41,967 nt of DNA from an uncultured Halobellus sp. (GTDB lineage Archaea; Halobacteriota; Halobacteria; Halobacteriales; Haloferacaceae): positions 1 through 41,967 of the forward strand of contig CAZNOA010000001.1 in assembly GCA_964574565.1 (NCBI GenBank). The letters are read 5' to 3'. Both the position numbers and the translations under genes were made by a program. Position 1 is the first letter of the stretch, and each line of letters starts with the position of its first letter. Shown in pieces: positions 36,663 through 41,967 of the stretch. The notes beneath the pieces are model-generated. The model saw only the letters and a list, made by a program, of their open reading frames with translations, was not told the DNA's origin and did not search any database.

Positions 36663-37334
36663 ATGGCAGTCATCGCTCACCTCCAGATCCCCGCCGACTC
36701 GTTCGAACTCGGTCGGATCCTCGAGTTAGAAGCGGGCGGAACGATCGAGCTCGAAAACATGGTCCCGATGGGTGAGAAAGCCGTTCCGTTCTTTTCGGTG
36801 AGCGACGACGTCCGCGAGTCATTCGAGCAGAGCGTCGAGGATCACCCGTCGGTCGACCACATCGTCGAAGTGACGCGTCACGACGGAGAGCGGCTCTACT
36901 CGTTGGACTGGAACGTCTCCCGCGACGTGTTCTTCCGGGGAATCATCGAGCTGGGCGGACAGCTCCTGAGCGCCACCGGAACGGTCGAGACGTGGGAGTT
37001 CGAGATTCGGTTCCTCACCCACGAGACACTCAGCGAGTTCCAGGAGTACTGCGCGAACGCACACGTCCCCGTCGAGGTCGGGCGCATCTACAACCCCGTC
37101 CGGCCGGGGACCGGAATGTGGTACGGAGTCACGGGGCCCCAGCGGGAAGCGCTGACGCGCGCCGTGGAGGGTGGATACTACTCGATTCCGCGGCGGCTAT
37201 CGACCCAAGAGCTGGCCGACGAGCTCGGCATCTCCGATCAGGCCGTCACGGAACGACTGCGCCGCGCGATCGAGACGCTGACTCGAAACACCCTCATCGC
37301 GATGCAGGAGGATCAGGAAGAGGAGTTCGAGTAG
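36663..37334 (+). CDS. Bacterio-opsin activator (Bat)-like HTH_10 transcriptional regulator
   Basis: C-terminal VTGPQREALTRAVEGGYYSIPRRLSTQELADELGISDQAVTERLRRA. Confidence 0.9.
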   Translation: MAVIAHLQIPADSFELGRILELEAGGTIELENMVPMGEKAVPFFSVSDDVRESFEQSVEDHPSVDHIVEVTRHDGERLYSLDWNVSRDVFFRGIIELGGQLLSATGTVETWEFEIRFLTHETLSEFQEYCANAHVPVEVGRIYNPVRPGTGMWYGVTGPQREALTRAVEGGYYSIPRRLSTQELADELGISDQAVTERLRRAIETLTRNTLIAMQEDQEEEFE

Positions 37335-37401
37335 TCGCGCGCGGCGACCCACCGGATTGGCCTCGAACTCCGCATCGCTGTCGACCGCGATGAAGGCCGT
37401 G

Positions 37402-38223
37402 TCATAGCCGAACGAGCAGGTCTCGGTTCCGAGCGCGATAGGTGAGGTCACCGGCGGCCAACGCCGCTCGTCGCCGGCTCGCCCAGTCGCCCGCGTCGTA
37501 TCCCGTCTCGCCGACCGCCGTCTCGATCGTGTCGAGTATGTGCCCGAGAACGGTTTCGTCGTCGGTCGTGTACGGGGGTTCGATCGTCCACGGCGAAGGG
37601 CCGTCGGCGACGACGGACTCCGCGGCCCGCGCGAGCGCGGCGGCCCCCTCCGGGCCGCCCGGACGGTACTCCCGCATGTGTCGGTGATAGGCGTCGAGTA
37701 CGGCGTCGTCTTCGGGATCCGCCGGCGAGAGCGTCGTCTCGCCGTCGTACGTTATCGGCGCGTACGCGAGCGGTGCGACGGCGCCGAGACGCCCGACCGC
37801 GGGCTCGGCGTCGACCACGTCGAAGAACGCGCAGCCGACGACGGCGTCGAAACGCCGGCCGGTCGACTCGGCGTACTCGAACGCGTCGGCGACGCGGAGG
37901 TCGACCGCGAGGTCGCCGAGCCGTATGGACTGCTCGTCGTCCGCCGCGCCCTCGTCGGCCCGTCCGTCCGGGTGAGACGCGAGTCGCCTGCGACCCGCGC
38001 GGATCGCCCCCTCGTGGGTGTCGACCGCGATCCATCGCCCGTCGTCGATCACCCCCCACTCGTGGAGCCGCTGGACCATCGTTCCGGTGCCGGCACCGAC
38101 TTCGAGGACCGTCGGCTCCGGCGGCAGCGCCTCGGCGAACGCGCGCAACACGTCGCGGTTCAGCGAGCGGTCGTCGAGCCCGCGCTTCGCGTCGAGATAC
38201 GCCGCGTGATCGATATCGGTCAT
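37402..38223 (-). CDS. Class I SAM-dependent methyltransferase
   Basis: VLEVGAGTG motif I; YLDAKRGLDDRSLN; ATG overlaps the GT4 stop (ATGA). Confidence 0.85.
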   Translation of the reverse strand: MTDIDHAAYLDAKRGLDDRSLNRDVLRAFAEALPPEPTVLEVGAGTGTMVQRLHEWGVIDDGRWIAVDTHEGAIRAGRRRLASHPDGRADEGAADDEQSIRLGDLAVDLRVADAFEYAESTGRRFDAVVGCAFFDVVDAEPAVGRLGAVAPLAYAPITYDGETTLSPADPEDDAVLDAYHRHMREYRPGGPEGAAALARAAESVVADGPSPWTIEPPYTTDDETVLGHILDTIETAVGETGYDAGDWASRRRAALAAGDLTYRARNRDLLVRL

Positions 38224-39296
38224 AGGGTTTCGAGGAAGTCCACCGCGTCGTCTAACGTCTCGGTCCAGGTCGGCCACCCGTCGTACGTCTCTCTGGCGGC
38301 CACCCCCATCTCGGCCAGCCGGTCCCGGTCGGCGAGCCGGCCCAATCCGTCGGCGACGGCCGCCGGGTCGTCGGGCGGAACGAGGAGGCCCGACTCGCCG
38401 TCGCGAACGAACTCGACGGCCCCGCCGGCGGTCGTCGCCAGCGGGACGCAGCCGAACCCCATCGCCTCCAAGTACACCATGCCGAACGGCTCGTATCGAG
38501 AGGGGACCGCGAGGACGTGGGTCTCGCGGAGCCGGGCGGCGACCGCCTCGTCGTCGAGCCGACCGGCGAATCGGACCCGACCGGCGATCCCGGCATCCGC
38601 CGCCGTCTCGCGGACGCGGTCGACGTAAGCGGGGTCGCCGTCGGTGTCGCCGACGACGGTGAGCCGCCAGTCCGGATCCGCGTCGGGGCCGTCGGTCGGC
38701 GGCGATCGCTCGATTCTCGCGAGCCCCTCGACGAGCGTGTCGAGCCCCTTCCGCTCGACGACGTTACCGAGGAACGTCACGTCGAGGGGTCGCTCGCTCG
38801 CCCGCTCGCGGATCGCCGCGACCGAGATCTCGGGGGCGAACCGGTCGCCCGCGGGCGGCGCGACGACGGATCGCCCCGGCGCGCCGAGCGGCGCAGCGTC
38901 CCGCCGCGTCGTCTCGGCGTTGTAGATCGCAGCGTCGACCCCGGAGAGGAACCGCCCCTCGATTCGACGGACGGCGCGCCGGGCGATCCCGGTTCGCGCC
39001 CGCGAGGCGAGCATGTGCAGCAGCGCGACCGTCGGGGCCTCGATCCGACGGTTCGCCGCGAGCAGGGAGGGGTGTGCGAGCCCGTCCTCGACGACGACGT
39101 CGAACCCGTCGAGCCGCGCCGCGATCCGCCGCCCCCGGAGGTTATCCGTCAGCTGGCGGGGATACGAGCGCCACGGGAGCGAGACGATATCGGTGTCGTG
39201 GCCGCGCTCGCGGAGCCGGTCGCGGAGCCGCCGGTCGTAGTAGAACCCGCCGGAGCGGTTGTCGACGTCGCCCGCGAGCACCAGTCCGACGCGCAT
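38220..39296 (-). CDS. Glycosyltransferase family 4 (GT-B)
   Basis: SGGFYYDRRL, LGNVVERKG, PSRYEPFGMVYLEAMGFG. Confidence 0.92.
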   Translation of the reverse strand: MRVGLVLAGDVDNRSGGFYYDRRLRDRLRERGHDTDIVSLPWRSYPRQLTDNLRGRRIAARLDGFDVVVEDGLAHPSLLAANRRIEAPTVALLHMLASRARTGIARRAVRRIEGRFLSGVDAAIYNAETTRRDAAPLGAPGRSVVAPPAGDRFAPEISVAAIRERASERPLDVTFLGNVVERKGLDTLVEGLARIERSPPTDGPDADPDWRLTVVGDTDGDPAYVDRVRETAADAGIAGRVRFAGRLDDEAVAARLRETHVLAVPSRYEPFGMVYLEAMGFGCVPLATTAGGAVEFVRDGESGLLVPPDDPAAVADGLGRLADRDRLAEMGVAARETYDGWPTWTETLDDAVDFLETL

Positions 39297-39667
39297 CACG
39301 GGAACGTCTCTGTGTAGCTCACGAACGCCTTGTCGTCCTCGTGGACGGTCACGGTCAGCTCTTCGACCGCGGGCGCGTCGATTCCGGCGATCCGGTCGAA
39401 CAGCGCCCGGGCGAGCCGCTCGACGCTCGGATTCCCCTCTAAGTGGTCGTTGAGCGTCTCGTCGCGGTACGTCTCGACGGCGTCGGCGAGCCTGTCGCGG
39501 GCGAGGTCGATGTCGAGCAGGTAGCCGTAGGCGCCGAGTTCGGGGCCGCGGAACGTCACCTCGGCCTCGAACGCGTGCGAGTGGAGCTCGCCCTCCGCCG
39601 GCGGAGGGCTCGGAACGGTCAGGTAGTGCTGTGCCACGAACGCCTCGGTGACGGTGACGGAGTACAT
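39296..39667 (-). CDS. 6-pyruvoyl-tetrahydropterin synthase/QueD (COG0720) family T-fold protein, non-canonical
   Basis: MYSVTV...FVAQHYL...EGELHSH...GYLLDID...NPSVERLAR; three His ligands and the terminal Glu are present, but there is no Cys before HxH. Confidence 0.88.
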   Translation of the reverse strand: MYSVTVTEAFVAQHYLTVPSPPPAEGELHSHAFEAEVTFRGPELGAYGYLLDIDLARDRLADAVETYRDETLNDHLEGNPSVERLARALFDRIAGIDAPAVEELTVTVHEDDKAFVSYTETFP

Positions 39668-39672
39668 GGTAG

Positions 39673-40704
39673 TCAGTAGGTGAACAGGATCTGCAGGGTG
39701 TTTTCGGCGTCGTTCGAGAGCCGACGATACGCCTCGGGGGCCTCGTCGACGGGGAGGCGATCGGTGACGAGCCGCTCGGCGATACGCTCGTCGGCGGCGA
39801 GCCGACCGAGCTCGCGCCACGTCGTCTGTCGACGCCGATCGCGGTCCCAGCGGCCGCGGAGTTCGGGAGCGACCGTCGAAACCTGACTGCTCTCGATGGC
39901 GACGCGACCGCGATGGAAGTGGTCGCCGAACCCCAGTTCGGCGCGTTTCGTGCCGTACCACGACCCGACGAGGACGCGCCCGTCGTACCTCGTCGACTCG
40001 ACCGCGGACTCGAGGGTCTCGGGGCGGCCGCTGACTTCGACCGCGAGGTCGACGCCGCCGGTCAGGTCTCGGACGGTCGCGGCCGCGTCGACCGCCGCCG
40101 GGTCGACGGTCTCGTCGGCCCCGAGGTCGACGGCAACTCCCCTGCGATGCTCGCGCGGCTCGACGGCGACGACAGAAGCCGCGCCGGAACGCGAGAACAG
40201 CGCGGTCGTCAGGAGTCCGACGACCCCCTGCCCGAAGACGGCGACATGCTCGCCGATACGTGGCGCGCCGTCGAGCGCGAAGTTGACGGCCGTTTCCGCG
40301 TTCGCGAACAGCGCGGCCGTCTCCGAGGAGACGCCGTCGGGAACCGGGTGGAGCGCCTCGGGCTCCGCGGTGAATCGGCTCTCGTGGGGGTTGAATCCGA
40401 AGACGGTCCGGCCGAGCCACGCGGGGTCGACGCCGTCGCCGACGGCCGTGACCTCGCCGACGGCAGCGTACCCGTATCGGAGCGGATACGACATGTCGCC
40501 GTTCAGCGACGCGAGCGACTCGTCGGCGACCGTCGTCGGATCGAGATCGCCGCGGTACGCGAGCAGTTCGGTGCCGGCGCTGACCGCCGAGAGCTCGGTC
40601 TCGACGAGCACCTCGTCGGATTCGGGGGCGGGAACGTCGACGTCGACGACCGCGACCGCTTCTGGACCGTTGAACTCGACGGCTCGGGCGTCGCCCACGC
40701 TCAC
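39673..40704 (-). CDS. MDR-superfamily (zinc-binding alcohol dehydrogenase-like) oxidoreductase
   Basis: SAVSAGTE, YGYAAVG, ETAVN, FGQGVVG Rossmann motif, GSWYG, SSQVS; GTG start. Confidence 0.88.
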   Translation of the reverse strand: MSVGDARAVEFNGPEAVAVVDVDVPAPESDEVLVETELSAVSAGTELLAYRGDLDPTTVADESLASLNGDMSYPLRYGYAAVGEVTAVGDGVDPAWLGRTVFGFNPHESRFTAEPEALHPVPDGVSSETAALFANAETAVNFALDGAPRIGEHVAVFGQGVVGLLTTALFSRSGAASVVAVEPREHRRGVAVDLGADETVDPAAVDAAATVRDLTGGVDLAVEVSGRPETLESAVESTRYDGRVLVGSWYGTKRAELGFGDHFHRGRVAIESSQVSTVAPELRGRWDRDRRRQTTWRELGRLAADERIAERLVTDRLPVDEAPEAYRRLSNDAENTLQILFTY

Positions 40705-41003
40705 CTGACCTCCCCGGAGTGCGGCACCGGATCGCGCTGTCGTCTCATACCGGACCTACGAGGCGATTCCTATTGGATGTTCGGTGAAATCGATCGCTCC
40801 GAACGGCCACTCAGATCGGTCGCGTCCGGCGATGATAATGGCGAACCCCGCGACGTGAGTCGCGATGGGGCGATCGGTCGTCGAAAGCCGTCAGAACTCG
40901 GCGTCTCGTCGGCGAAAGACCGGCTGAATCGATCGGCCTGTGTGAGCCGCGAGGTCCGGGCGTTTCCAACAGCCACAAACCCCCGTCCGTCCAAACGGGC
41001 GGC

Positions 41004-41219
41004 ATGACGAACGGCCGGTCGCAGCGACTGAGCGATATCGGCGTCGGTCGAGCGATCGCGTACGGGCTACTCGTCGGCGGTGCGGCCTATCTCGTCGCGG
41101 TCGCGTACGGACCGGCGTCGACTGGCCTCCGACTCGCGACGGCGGCGGGAATCGCGGTCGCGTACGCGGGAGCGGCCCACGCGGTCGGCGTCCTGCGTCG
41201 ACGTCGAGCACCGAGATGA
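41004..41219 (+). CDS. Small two-TM membrane protein
   Basis: Two hydrophobic helices and a basic C-terminus; 71 aa. Confidence 0.55.
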   Translation: MTNGRSQRLSDIGVGRAIAYGLLVGGAAYLVAVAYGPASTGLRLATAAGIAVAYAGAAHAVGVLRRRRAPR

Positions 41220-41245
41220 GGGGGTCGACCCGTCGGCAGTCGGGG

Positions 41246-41967
41246 TCAGCGATCTCTCGGCCCACCAGACTCGTCTCGACGCCCTCGCCGACCCCTCTCG
41301 CGTCCCCCCGCTCGGTCGTCGTCGACCTCTTCCATCACGCGGGTGTGGAACTCGCGTAGCACGGCCGATTCGTCGTCCGCGAGCACGGTGTCGGAGTCGA
41401 CGAGCGTCGCCAACCCGAACGAGAGCGGCGTCGGTGAGTCGACCGTGTGGTGTGCGACCGAGACGCTTCCGTCAGCGACGCCGCCCACCACCTCGCGGAT
41501 ACCGGCGATGTCGAGCCGGTCTTCCAACAGCTCGCGGTACGTCTCCTCCATGACGGCGAACTCGTCGAGGTCGTTTGCGAAGGAGAGCAGCATCTCCGCG
41601 GAGACCTGCTGTTCGGCGGCCGTCTTCTCGTACCCCTTGTACCGCTTGAGGATCATGAGCGACCGGGCCGCGTTGATCCGGAAGTACCGCTGGAGGAGGT
41701 CCGTCCCCTGTATCGCCTCGCGGAGGTCCGCACGGACGGTCTCCGGGTCCAGCTCGCGGAGGATCGCCCCCACGTCGACCTTGCGATTCAGCGGGAGTGC
41801 GAGGCTGAACCCGCGGTCCGCGACCGCGACGGCGACGTTGGCGTCGGTCCGGTTCGCACACGCCGCGGCGACAAGCCGCGAGAGCCCGTCGTTGAACCGC
41901 CGGCCGTATCCGGAGTGGACGTAGAACCGGCGCTTGTACTCGCCGCGGTCGAGCTCCTCCTCGACGA
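41246..41967 (-). CDS. lhr: Lhr-like ATP-dependent helicase, C-terminal part (5' end outside the window)
   Basis: YVHSGYGRRFNDGLSR, DRGFSL, YFRINAARSLMILKRYKG, ETYRELLED, SPTPLSFGL are archaeal Lhr C-terminal motifs. Confidence 0.85.
   Translation of the reverse strand, partial: VEEELDRGEYKRRFYVHSGYGRRFNDGLSRLVAAACANRTDANVAVAVADRGFSLALPLNRKVDVGAILRELDPETVRADLREAIQGTDLLQRYFRINAARSLMILKRYKGYEKTAAEQQVSAEMLLSFANDLDEFAVMEETYRELLEDRLDIAGIREVVGGVADGSVSVAHHTVDSPTPLSFGLATLVDSDTVLADDESAVLREFHTRVMEEVDDDRAGGRERGRRGRRDESGGPRDR

Overview
GC-rich haloarchaeal chromosomal DNA. The proteome is very acidic and includes a Tat lipoprotein, a Bat-like HTH regulator and Usp proteins; a Halorubrum-like origin is an inference. 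About 40 CDS are supported, and most alternative ORFs in the six-frame track are GC shadow frames. Left to right: partial AGE-family sugar epimerase and SMP-30 lactonase; Usp; APC permease with a Usp-like partner; MscS; two tandem Kef-type antiporters; CBS protein; a minimal B12-dependent ethanolamine module (eutB-eutC convergent with eutA); an RHH-like gene plus tyrosine recombinase preceded by an AT-rich region with a clear 11-6-11 dif-like site; a divergent HisG-fold protein; an acidic coiled-coil protein; MBL hydrolase; sirtuin, nnr and moaC; stand-alone formate dehydrogenase alpha; HhH-like protein; gcvT; S26 peptidase; NYN nuclease; Usp; ilvD; a His/Cys-rich Tat beta-propeller lipoprotein divergent from a Met-rich SHOCT protein; purQ/purS divergent from purU across a perfect 22-bp palindrome; a Bat-like regulator; a translationally coupled four-gene operon (MDR oxidoreductase, non-canonical PTPS/QueD, GT4, SAM methyltransferase); and the 3' end of an Lhr helicase. 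No rRNA, tRNA, CRISPR array or transposase was recognised. Best candidates for undescribed systems: the Xer/dif-like/RHH module, the putative pterin-glycoside operon, the HisG paralog, and several unassigned operator palindromes.
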